A stretch of 64,000 nt of DNA, from the NCBI GenBank assembly GCA_964247055.1, contig OZ176052.1, positions 4,402,001-4,466,000 of the forward strand, written 5' to 3'. A program made the translations under genes and the position numbers. The notes beneath the pieces were generated by a model. The model was not told where the DNA came from. It made no database searches and saw only the letters and a program-made list of their open reading frames with translations. This document shows positions 38,604-50,590 of the stretch, piece by piece. Within the stretch, counting starts at the first letter, position 1. Each line of letters begins with the position of its first letter. This stretch comes from Paragordius varius (Eukaryota; Animalia; Nematomorpha).

Positions 38604-41384
38604 CTACATTAGAACACAGGCAGATATTTGTTGTCGATATAAACTTGGATTTTCCCCCAGGTGGCGCAACCAATTGTTGCGTTTTTCAATCATAGATGGT
38701 GATGAATCTTTATGCGTTTGTTTAATGGACGTAATTAATGGTGGGACAGGTATGATAGTCGTTACGGATAATTTTGTTGGGCTTTCTAGAAGAACACAAA
38801 AAATTTTAATTTTTTAGAATGTACGTTTATATTTTAGGAATAAATTACAAATATAATTAAAAAGATATATTTATGGATTAAATTAACCGCATTTGTAAAA
38901 ATAAAATAGCTATTTACGATTGAAATTTTTATTTAAGTTTAAACGCAAAAAAATAACCAATAAATTTCCGTTTAGCGTTTGTGACATTTTGTTTGTTATC
39001 CTTTGTTGGTAGGGATGAATTCGTGACATCAATTAGAATTTTTTCTTCTGCATCTTCAATATTAGACGGTACCTACACGATTGTAATAAATATAAAAAAT
39101 TGATAAGTATTTTAAATTTTACAAATATTATAATAAATATATTTCAAGCTTTACGATATAACTTAATAAACTAAAAGGTTTCCATATATGGAGTAGAAAT
39201 GTAAACTAAGTTGCACCCCCAATTTATATATTACCGTAACAATATAGGTTCCATAGAAAGAATCAAGAATCCTAAAAAAGACAGTTGTCTTAAATAATGT
39301 CATTCTTTTATTATGTAAACCCGCATCAATCATTAAATTTAAAAGTAATATATTCCTCCAAGAACCAATATCACATAATCCCACATGATTATACCTGAGT
39401 TTTAGTTTCTTTTTCCCAGTTATCTCGCGATTGACTATTTGATTCAACAATTTCTCCGTTATTTAGTTCTGTTTCGCTTATCCTTTCTCCACATTTGTTT
39501 ATAGGGTTTACTGGTTCAATGTTTAAAGTGTCGTTATGATTGCTTTGCGTGCTAGCAATACAGCATTCCGTATTTTTTTGTTCGGGTAAAACGATGTCTT
39601 TTACAACTGTGTTGTTACAATTATTGGTACCTCCTGTACGAGGTATACATTTACCATCAGTAGTGTGCATTGAAGTCCTTAAATGTGTTGGTTGACCACC
39701 AGAATTTGTTGAAGCATTTGCACGTGAGGACCCACCACTGCCCTGGGAATTCAATTTGGGATCCGTGAATGGTGACACAAAATCCGTATAATTGTGAGAT
39801 GAGATGGCGGATGGGCTAAAAAATTGGTTCTCGGTTCCTTTCCGTTGATAAAATAGGACGTAAGCACTTTGAGTCTAAATGGGTGAGATCAAACGAATTA
39901 TTAATGCTATATGATATATTAAATTAAAAATAGGCCCTAATATGACTGATAAAATAACATTATAGTATGGTGTGTGAAATGTGTAATTATGACCTATAAC
40001 AACCAATTATTACAAAATATCAATATTGCACTCATTATATATATAATTGGTGGTTGGTTACTGTTCGGCCAATATTATTTTGCAAAAAATAAATCATAAA
40101 TACTTCTAAACCATATGATAGGTTTGTTAAATTACTTTTCTTTTAAAAATATATACCTAAATAAATTTTTATTATTTATATTTTAAATACCTAAGAATCC
40201 GACAAGAAAAGTCAAAACACTATTTAAGAGAATTTTTATTTAGTCAAATGTTGCAATTTCCAGAATTTTTAATCAAATAAAGTTAAGCTTACCATAACAT
40301 CAGATTCGTTAACACGTGATACATGAGTGTCATCGAAATTGTACCACTCTTTATCGATGTAGTTTTTAGCAAATGCAGTATCTATTCGTCGAAAAAAATA
40401 TATTAATTTAAAAGCACAAAGGTATATGTTTTAACTAATTAACTCCCATATAAGCTATTAAAGTAAAATTCCTTAATGTTATGTAATATTTTCGTTTTTT
40501 GGAAAATTATGGATAAATAAAATAAAAAATAACATTTTTATTTTTTTTAAATTTTGTAAAAATTATAAAAACAGTATCCGCCAATTTGTTGGAACAAACA
40601 AAGGGCATTCAAAGGCCCTTTACTAATTTATACAAATTTTTCAATCTTTGACTTATTTTAAGAATCATATTTGAATTAACCATGTGAGTAAATCAAAATT
40701 TTAGCTATATAACTTTTATCTAATTAAAATTTCATACGGTATTTATCGCAAGTATAACTTTAAAAGCTATGAAAAAATGATTAAAAAGTAGTTAAATAAA
40801 AAAAGAAACTTACAATGGCCATATCCCATTTCACCATAGTGATTGGAAACGGCTATAAGGTTATATTTAGCACCTTTCTTATGTTCTGGATCATGAACAT
40901 AGGATGACAAATCAAGGTCCCTGTATATTAATAAGAATATAATTTAGTATAAAAACTCCGTTTTTGTTATATCTAGTTTTTAAAAAACATGGATATAAGA
41001 AAATGAAATTGTGTACAATTAAAAATAATTTGATATAAAAAGTATAGACTTAATTAGAGCAGATAATTTATGTATTATATCAAAGTGATATTTAATTATG
41101 ATCAAACATTTCAAAACATATATATTTAGCCATAATGTAGGTAAAAAATTATTTTATATAACAAAAAATATGATAAAACTAAAGTATTCAAACATTTTGA
41201 AATATATAAATATTTCCAATAAAATTTATAGTACCTTGTAGGAAAATTAACTGGTATCCCAATTTTTTCACGGAAAAATCGAGTGTAATAAAAGCGTTTT
41301 AGATGGATGACAAGGACAGGCGGTAGTTTCCACAAATCAAACTTTTTCGTTGCTTGTTGATGTTTTTTGCATCGTGGGCAATAC
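38604..41384 (-). pseudogene. USP4/11/15-like ubiquitin-specific protease, 3' half only (His box, no Cys box)
   Basis: Exons 41384-41235, 40920-40814, 40381-40293, 39874-39395, 39072-38958, 38785-38604. Peptides [62 protein letters not shown] and SAYVLFYQRK. No upstream exon was found before the LINE at 41984. Family assignment is strong; pseudogene status is inference. Confidence 0.8.
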
Positions 41385-41983
41385 CTATAATTACGTATAA
41401 ATTGTCTTTTTATAACCGTAAAATTATTTTTATTACAATTAATTATTAGGTAACCTCATTGCAATAAGCAAGTTTTAAATTAGAACACAGTTATTAGCAT
41501 AAACCTATTTAACTAGTAAAAACCTTAATTTATTGTAATTTGATAATAGGTAATTTGAAATCTTCTTTACCAGCACTCCTATGCCTTAAAAAAGTGTAAA
41601 TGTTAATATACCATTTACACTTCAGATTCACCCTTAAACAATTTAAATTCACCTTAAAATAAACTAGATGTTTAAAATAAAGTTTTGTTCAAAAAAATAT
41701 TAAAAAATAAAAAAAACTAAGCCATAAAGATATATTTCATATTAATAAAGAGTTATATTAGCCCGAAACAAAATTTACTTTAAAGAATTGTTCGAGAGTA
41801 AATTTGAATTTTAAATGGTATATGTAAAAACCCCCCATGATGACCTCCCCCCATTCCCCCTTATGATCAACTTTTTAAATAAACAAAGATTATTAAATAA
41901 TAAAGTCATAATTATTAAAAAGATTTTTAAAAAGGCTCATTTTAAGCTAATTTTTTGTCAAATATATTTGTAAAATATATATT

Positions 41984-42894
41984 TTACCTTTTATTTTTCT
42001 GTGCGCTGATGACTTAATATTATGCCCCACATCTGCAACGGAATTAATGGAAAAGTTAAATTTATGGAAGGATACCCTAAGTAAATTCGGTTTGAAGGTT
42101 AATACGTCTAAAACCAAACTAATGTGCGATAAAAACAGGACAATAAAATGGCCCTGCTCCGTGTGCTCATTAAATGTAAAGTCAAATTCAATAACGTGTA
42201 ACAAATGTTTAAAGTGGGTACATAAAAAATGCTCCATTTTAAAAAGTTTATATGATAATAAAAACTTTATCTGCCCCCCGTGCAGTACAACCAACATAGA
42301 ATCCCCCGAATCCTCCACTTTATTCGAAATTGTCGACAAATTTACATACCTAGGCGATACTTTAGATGCTGGATCAAAGCCGCTTGGAAAAAGTATCATA
42401 GTCTGCGCACAATAGTAAATAATAAATACGTTTTACTCAGCTCAAAGGCAAAAATTTTTATGACGGCTATACGTCCTGCTATACTATATGGTACGAAAAC
42501 ATGGCCTATGACTAAATCAAATCTACTATCACTGCAAAAGGTGAGCAAAAAATTCTAAACGCCATTCTTTTTGCACATAACCCTAACATATACGATTTCC
42601 AAGCCAAATTTTGCCCCTATCAAACTCTAAATTTTAAACCAACAGCTATCCGGGAATACCGTTTGCGTTGGGCTGGTCACATCTACAGAGCGCAAGACAC
42701 AAATTGGATAAAGCTCATACAGTCTTATTCAACCAATAATAAAAACAAAAAAGGCAGGCCTTCTAAAACCTGGCAATCCACCATTCAAGAAGACCTAGAT
42801 TTCCTCAGTATCGATATCGAACAAGCTCAAGACAGAAACAAATGGAAAACTATAACACGCTAACCTAAAGGAGAAAATAGCGTATAAAGATGAT
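41984..42894 (+). mobile_element. 5'-truncated, frameshifted non-LTR retrotransposon (RTE-X-like), 3' end of ORF2
   Basis: LPFIFLCADDL (YADD motif), GLKVNTSKTKLM, PHD-like CSVC...CNKCLKWVHKKC...CPPC, FTYLG, RPAILYG, RWAGH and GRPSKTW, followed by a short 3' UTR ending in gatgat. Confidence 0.88.
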
Positions 42895-43032
42895 ATATTT
42901 CATTCAGAAAAAAATCTCTAATCAACCTCATGTCTTCCCTTAGTGTTATTATACAAATTCGAAAAGTCCGATTAAATGTATTTTTCCATTAGTAATACGG
43001 TATAATCAACTTTTATAATAAAAATTAAATAC

Positions 43033-45364
43033 CAGTTGGAGTCTCCTTTTTGGTGTCTTTCAACTGATCCAACACAAGTTTACGTTTTTGAAGCAATTCT
43101 ATAGAGCAACAGAGTTTTTCTTGTTTCAAGTTAAACGAAAATGGTAAAATATATTGCTGTTTAATTTCCTTTTTGGAAATTTTTATGATAATAAATAAAA
43201 ATCATTGAAATTATATGCAAGCTATATAATATAGCCGTAATAATGTAGTTATTAATTAGATAGTGTGTGAAAAATATGTTGTACACTATTCGAAAAATTT
43301 CAAAAAATTCTCATCGGATATTTACAGTGATGTTTTCTTAAAAAAAATTATTTTTTCGTCCAATGGGTATATGGAACAAACAAGAGCTTTATGGTATCAA
43401 CAATATCATATTCATCAAAAAAAAGAGAAGTGTGGGAGAAGGGCATTGAAAAACTTGTATGTTAAATATAATTTGTATTTTTGTTTAAACATTAATATTT
43501 TCGAAAAAAATAGTATTAAAATTTTCGTAAATAATTAGCAAAAAACTTTAATACCAAACTCTTTGACATAATTTTAAGATGAATGGTTAATTTTTAGTGT
43601 ATACTTAAACACATTTTTTACCATACAAGATTTTCAACGTCTTTCCCTCCACACTTCTTTTACTTTTTTGATAAATATGATATTGTTAGTACCATAGAGC
43701 TCTTGTTTTTTTCCATTTTTTAACTAATATTTATACCCATTTAACGAAAAAAATAAATTATCATTTACTTTTCAAATAATCTTGGAAAAATCATTTAATA
43801 ATGGGAATTAAGTAAACTTAGCGATCCAATGAAACAAATATTTAGACACCACTTTATAATTATTATACACCATCTTGATACATTTATTATAATAAATAAC
43901 CCGACTGATTAACATTAATACATAATGACAAAATCATATTTTGGGGAATTATTTGAGACGCTAAACCGTTCACTTAATTTGAAAATAAATGATGATTCAA
44001 AGACAAATTAGAGATATATATTGGCCACATTATTATGCAAATAAATGACGACCCTGAGGACGTTTATAAAGATCGATACCGTGCTAGCAGCATTCAGGGT
44101 ACCTTCCACAACCGGAACAGTAAAAGTAACAATACTTGATATTTACGGTAACCAGAGAAGAAAGAAAATATTTGGTTGATTTCTTGTTCAATTAAATTTG
44201 GTCATATTACAGGCTCCGTTTATCACGTCGCAAAGAAGATATATATATATACGAAAATTGAGGATAAAAAAAACCAAACAGTTCAAACAGTTATGTTAAT
44301 GAGCGCGCTTTCAAGAAGCATAAAACTAGTCAGCGATTAGTATGGTGGCAAAAGATTCGAGATATTACTTTATATAATCTTTTTTGATATAACAATCAAA
44401 ATTGATTTTAACACCCCATTACCTCTTGGAGAAGTTAATATTCCTTAGCAATTTGAAATTCAAGATTTTAACAAATATTTAAGATATTAAGCCGAATATA
44501 AAAATAGGCGCATTATACAAATTTTTTTAATTAAATAGTAAAAAGCCTCACACCATTTTTTCGAATAATAACTAAAAAAACTTTCAGGCTACATTTTACC
44601 AGCAAAAACATAATATATTTTGATGTTGGTTTCAATCGAGTTTTGGAGCTGTCCCAATTTTAGACTCTAAAAGTGATGTATAAAATATAAGCGAACAATT
44701 TTTGATAATTAAATTTTAACTAATGTATTTGTTACAAAATTGAGCTCTAGGATATAAAAGTAGCCCTAAAGGTAAACTAGAAAAAAGTGAAAAGGAAATA
44801 AAAAACAAAAATTAAAAATTTCGGTCATACGAAATGCATCTTTAAAATTTTTTTAGCACAAAAAGTTAAACCAAAAACATTTTGAATTTTAATATTTTAT
44901 TGATAAAATCCTTGGCAAGAAAACAGTCCCTCTTTTCTGTTGAACCCTAGTGAATAGTAATTAGTTTTATAAACAAGTGTTTAAAAACTAATTTAATCCT
45001 TTATTAATTGGTATGTTCAAAGTATAAAATTAAATTATCGTTATTTAAAATAATAATTATATTAAAAATTGATTTTAAATTAAAATATAAAAGCAACTGT
45101 TGTATTTAGTTTTAACCAGTCATAAAACACTATATTTAACCTTCGGGTACTGGTATTTTGCAGGAGTTATATATTTCAATTGAATAATCTATCATATTTG
45201 TTGATTGCAACAATTTCAATTTTATGTCAATTATGTCGTTTTGCTCATATAACTTTAATAAATTATAACTTTACTGGATGATTGGTCATACTCTCTAACA
45301 AAGGAAAAATCAAATGCTTGTCCAAGTAAGGGGCAATCTTGGAAAATAAGTTATACTCAGCCAT
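43033..45364 (-). pseudogene. EIF3E: Partial eIF3e duplicate: exons 1 and 2 plus an in-frame exon 3/exon 9 fusion; exons 10-11 absent
   Basis: Exons 45364-45275, 45252-45141 and 43098-43033 ([23 protein letters not shown]|gt). Splice sites and the 22-nt intron are intact. Confidence 0.85.
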
Positions 45365-47980
45365 GTGAACGACAATCTTTAGATGAATTCGTGAAAATTA
45401 AGATGGTTCATTGGTCTCCATGCAAAATAATGGCATAAAAATTATCTACACGAACGTTATTAATTTATAGTAATACTCACCAAATCTTTATCAGATCTAT
45501 ACAATCAGTTTTTAAATTAAACCTTAGCTTCTACCAAGACCATTGTTTTTTTCTAGCAATTAAAATGGGATTATTTTATTAATTTTATATAATAAATCGA
45601 TTGTTTTTTAAATAAATATTTGATTATAATTTAGGTGCACTCGGTTATTGGTGGTAATTAAATTAAAAAAATATCGAATCGCTTAGGAGGCCGAAATATT
45701 TTTTTATTGTTAAACAAATTTAATAAAAATGACATAGGTGTACCTTTTATGTCCTTAAATAGGAGGCTGTATAGTAAAAAGAGTCGTTAAGCACACTGTC
45801 AACAAAAAGTATCAGATATAGAATTATGATACAAATATGTAGGAAGATTACCATGGTCCTTTTGTTTTGAACCTTATAAGTGATTTAACGTTGGTACACT
45901 TATCAATATCTGAAAATGGCGAAATTAGAGCACATTTGACATGTTTTTTTGGAGGCAAGCTACGTGCTTTTTAAAAATTACATCAAAATATATCATAAAC
46001 TACATTATGGATAAACATTGGGTGGGGTAATAAAATATTTTTGACTTGACTTGTAAGTTTTTCAAGTCATGGCTTGCTTTCATGTGATAAAAAAATTTAA
46101 CACTAGACTACTTAAGTCAAGCAAAAAAATTGATTCGGAGGCGATAAATAATATGATGTAGGGCAGACTTGACAGATTTTAAAATATGGATAAAATTTTT
46201 TGATTATCTAATTTAGACTTTATATGTAATTTAAACCTTTGTTAAATTGTTTATTTGATTAATTTGGCTATTAACTTATTTAATTTGGGTAAAGAGAATA
46301 AATTTTTAAAAAACTCTGCTATATTTAAGAACAATGCACATGAAAATATGCCAAATATATCAATTCCGTGAAACCGCAAAAAATTTTGTTTAATAAATAA
46401 ATAATAATTGTAAAATTTTAAATCTTATTTCAATAAACGTTTACTATTAAGTAGGAGAGAATTTTTTACATCACGAATTTATTTCAAATGTAATGTTGAT
46501 AATAGTTAAAAATAATATTATGTTTTATTGTATAAACATCTTTCCATTATATTTTCAAATGGACTCCTAATATGAGTAGTGTGGGTAAATTACGGGTGAA
46601 TGGTGTCATCAACTTAAAAATTATTTCTCTCAATATTTAGAAAAATCTATAATATTATATAAAATACGTGCCAGTAAGGTTAAAAGATTTCAATAAATGC
46701 ATATTGTATTAATTGTTTATCTTTGTGCCTTATTTCATAATTTTTGGCTGAAAATAATCCAAATAATATCCGTAAAATTGGAATTGGGTGGCAAAAAGAC
46801 GTTACATTCATAGGCAAAGACTTGGCTCAAGTGTTTTTTATCACCGATCTGCATGTATATGCTGGCTTAAGTAAAATTGCTCGATTTGCCACCTTGACTT
46901 ACAGGTGTGCGCTTTTTACTACCCCACCCAGTATGTGTGTAAATTATGAATCATCTATTTTTCTAAATGGTTTATTCAAAAATAAATTTTGTTTATGTTC
47001 AAAATTTTCAACCTTAAAATAAGGCAAAACTATTTTAAAATTATAAAATTAATTTAAATTAAATATTAGGATTACCTGGCTGATGCACCGGGCGCCATAG
47101 TTGAAGGTGGTGCCAGATTTATAAAAAAATTAATTTTATTTCAAATAAATAAGAATATAAAAGTCATTATATTAAATATTATTTTAAAAGATCACCCATT
47201 TATGAGTGGTCATGACCTTCTATCTTGATTAAAATTTTCATTATAAGTATTACCATTATTTATATCTACTGTTTCATATCCTTATTTATTATATCTCTCC
47301 ACTTTATCTTTAAGTGCCTACCTTTCTTAACCTCATTTATATCATTACGTAACCTATCTTATTTGATCAAAGTGACCAACACATACAAGGATAAAATTTG
47401 TTGATTTTCTTTCAAATTATGTATATTTATTTTCTAAATGCCACCCATTATGCTATAATTCTTTCAATTAAAATTGATGTTATAAGAAACAAATTTCGAA
47501 ATTGTTGATTATTTTTTTTCCTAATTTAAGGCATGTTATACCATCTACATCTGCATATATTATGCCTCCCTTTTCTATTTTTGTTTCCCACTGTAATGCC
47601 GAAGGATTGCCATTTTTTTCGGACGCAAGCCATTATTCAAAAAAAATTTAAGGTCACGCATATGCAGTTTGAATCTGCTTTTATACAACATCTATATTTA
47701 ACTAGGTCGAACTTTTCGCACAAAAACCACGATTTCGGAACCTAAATTTCAAATTTAAATTTATGAAAATTGTTTAGCTTCTTAATTATTATTTTTGTTG
47801 GAATAAATGATAATTTTTGGATAAAACCATTTAATTTTTACCAAGCACTAATTTTCCTACAAGGCTTAAAACTAAACCATAATAATTCTGATACATTTTC
47901 TTCCATATACATAATTCATCATTGTTTTTTTTGTTACTCCCCCCCACCGATTTTGTGGATATTATATTTCAATTCTATAA

Positions 47981-49719
47981 CACAGTGCGCGCAAAAAATA
48001 AACAAACATGATTTTTGTCTAGAATAATAAGAAATCCCTTGGAAAAGGAGACCCCAAAATTGAAATATTCCATTTTTTCATTTTTGACTAGAAATAGATT
48101 TTTGTCCATATTTTTAAAATTTATTGAGCAAACATGATAAAAATTTTATATATTTTATAAAACCTAATATATTCTTAAGAAAAATACCTAAAACTATTTT
48201 AAAGTATCAATAATTTTTTTATTCCACAAAAATAGAAATTCGTAAATTTTATGACATTGTCAAAATATATTATAAAAAAATTATTTGTAAGAACTCCATA
48301 TTGTTATTATTATTTAAGTTTATGACTTATATATAACATACCAAAGAGTTGGTATATATAATAAAGGCTATGTATCCTTTTAAGTCCCTCAAAAAATTTG
48401 TATTTTTTGAAAAATTTTCGCGATTTTTGTTGCATTTTCCTCACATGCTTTTCACTGTTTCATAAATACAGTATCAGTATCACTATTCCGCAATTTTCAA
48501 AGAATAATCTAACAATTATTGCAATTATATATATTGAAAAACTGATAATAAATGGATTTATTTTTATTCGATAGAATTTTATAATTTTTTACAATAAGAA
48601 TATTTAATTAGGTTTCAACAAAATTTTAAAATAAAAATGTTCCGGTCTTATAAAAATATTGTCAATTACAAACTTCGTTTGCAAAAATTGCTCCTGCAAC
48701 ATCTCTTCAAGTCTAATTCAACAACAACACTTAAAATACATATAAGAATTTAAATTTATTTATACATAATGAATATAATAGTCAAACATAAAGTGATTCC
48801 AATAGTATTCACCAACTATTGGAACTAGTATAGTTTTTTTCTATATGTTTGAGCGTTTGATGGAACCGTTCTTCATCCTGGTCTGTAGCCCTCTACCGGA
48901 ATTAGTATAATTACCTTGCTGTGGGCTCATATTTCCTTGTAATGAACTAATTTCCCAGCAAAATACATGTTGTAATAGGTAATTATTTGTTCAGTTATTT
49001 TAATCAAATTTGTAGGGCGATGATACCTTCCACATATATAGCAGAAAAGGTCTTTATTCAATTTGCAATTGAATTTTTTAACTATATTATTAAATAATAT
49101 ATATATACTTTTATATAAAGTAAAGGTTTCATAATCTTGAAGTTTTATTGGGTTTTTCAGTATTCTTTGAAAATTGCGGATTACTGATACTGTATTTATG
49201 AAACAGTGAGAAGCATGTGAGGAAAATGCAACAAAAATCGCGAAAATTTTTCAAAAAATACAAATTTTTTGAGGGACTTAAAAGGATACATAGCCTTTAT
49301 TGTATATACCAACTTTTTGGTATGTTATATATAGGTCATAAACTTAAATAATAATAACAATATGGAGTTCTTACAAATAATTTTTTTATAATATATTTTG
49401 ACAATATCATAAAATTTACGAATTTCTATTTTTGTGGAATAAAAAAAATTATTGATACTTTAAAATAGTTTTATGTATTTTTCTTAAGAATATATTAGGT
49501 TTTATATAATATATAAAAGTTTTATCATGTTTGCTCAATAAATTTTAAAAATATGGACAAAAATCTATTTCTAGTCAAAAATGAAAAAATGGAATATTTC
49601 AATTTTGGGGCGCATTTTCGCCCCAAAATTTTTGGGGTCTTCTTTTCCAAGGGATTTCTTATTATTCTAGATAAAAATCATGTTTGTTTATTTTTTTACC
49701 CCCTTTTTTGCGCACAGTG
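47981..49719 (-). mobile_element. Chapaev3-type element, copy B
   Basis: Same CAC...GTG termini and TAA TSD as copy A. Retains ERFHQ. Has an extra internal deletion relative to A (~11165-11484). Confidence 0.8.
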
Positions 49720-50590
49720 TAACAAATTACCAGTATACGGATAAAACAAAAATTAAACGACAAATATTTTTTTAAAATGGCAATTATTCTTTTATAATAC
49801 TTAATATATAATGCCTGCGTAGCCTATATTAATATTTTAAAATATATAATATGATAGTTTTAACACGCATCTATATTCCTGCAACACCCGCAGTATGGTT
49901 TAGAACAGGGGTGCCCAACACAAATGTTTTCCTTGGGTCGCATTTTTAACTCGAAAAAACCGGCGTGCTGCATTGAAATATATAAGTGGGTGTAATTATT
50001 TTATTTCTTCATATTCGTTGCCTATTGAATAGACTTATTCCGAATATTTGTGTAAACAATATTATTTTTCGAGTATAATCTTACATTTTTCGCGGATTAT
50101 GATGTTCAAGAAGGCCGATGTTGGATACCCCTGGTTCAGAAAATATGATTAATCTTATAAAAAATATTTGCTTTTATTAAATACGTTTTGTCTGTTTAAT
50201 TTTAATTTTTTTTAAATTAGAGTTGGCAACAAACAAAAGATTTAAGTTTTATTTTTTTAATATATCTTGCCAATAACTTTTAATTTGGTTTAAAATTTAT
50301 AATTTAAAAAAATTGAGAGTATACTAAATCGCTCTTTTCTTTAATTGTTTTTTAACAAGACATGAAAATAAGATTGTACAAAATAAGGTTACCATATCTC
50401 ATTATTATATATGATTATGATTAAAATTTATTATTTTTGTATGATATAGTGACCCTAATTTTGGGGTTAACTAGGGATAAGAAAACATTAAATAAATATA
50501 TATATATAATGACAATTTTATTGTAAATCAATTGAGATAGGTGTATGAAAAGCAAAATGCGTTATAGCATTAGATGTTTTTAGTGTAATG

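Noticed and set aside
41611-41651. 41-nt candidate upstream USP exon (VNLNCLRVNLKCKW), or a phase bridge for the chimera
   Set aside because: No resemblance to the expected L.DC..LF...E.L...PW segment, and it gives stops when entered in phase 1.
41828-41865. C-rich tract resembling the Blackjack subterminal G-runs (60793-60813), or a G-quadruplex
   Set aside because: A short low-complexity match with no adjacent TIR or further homology.
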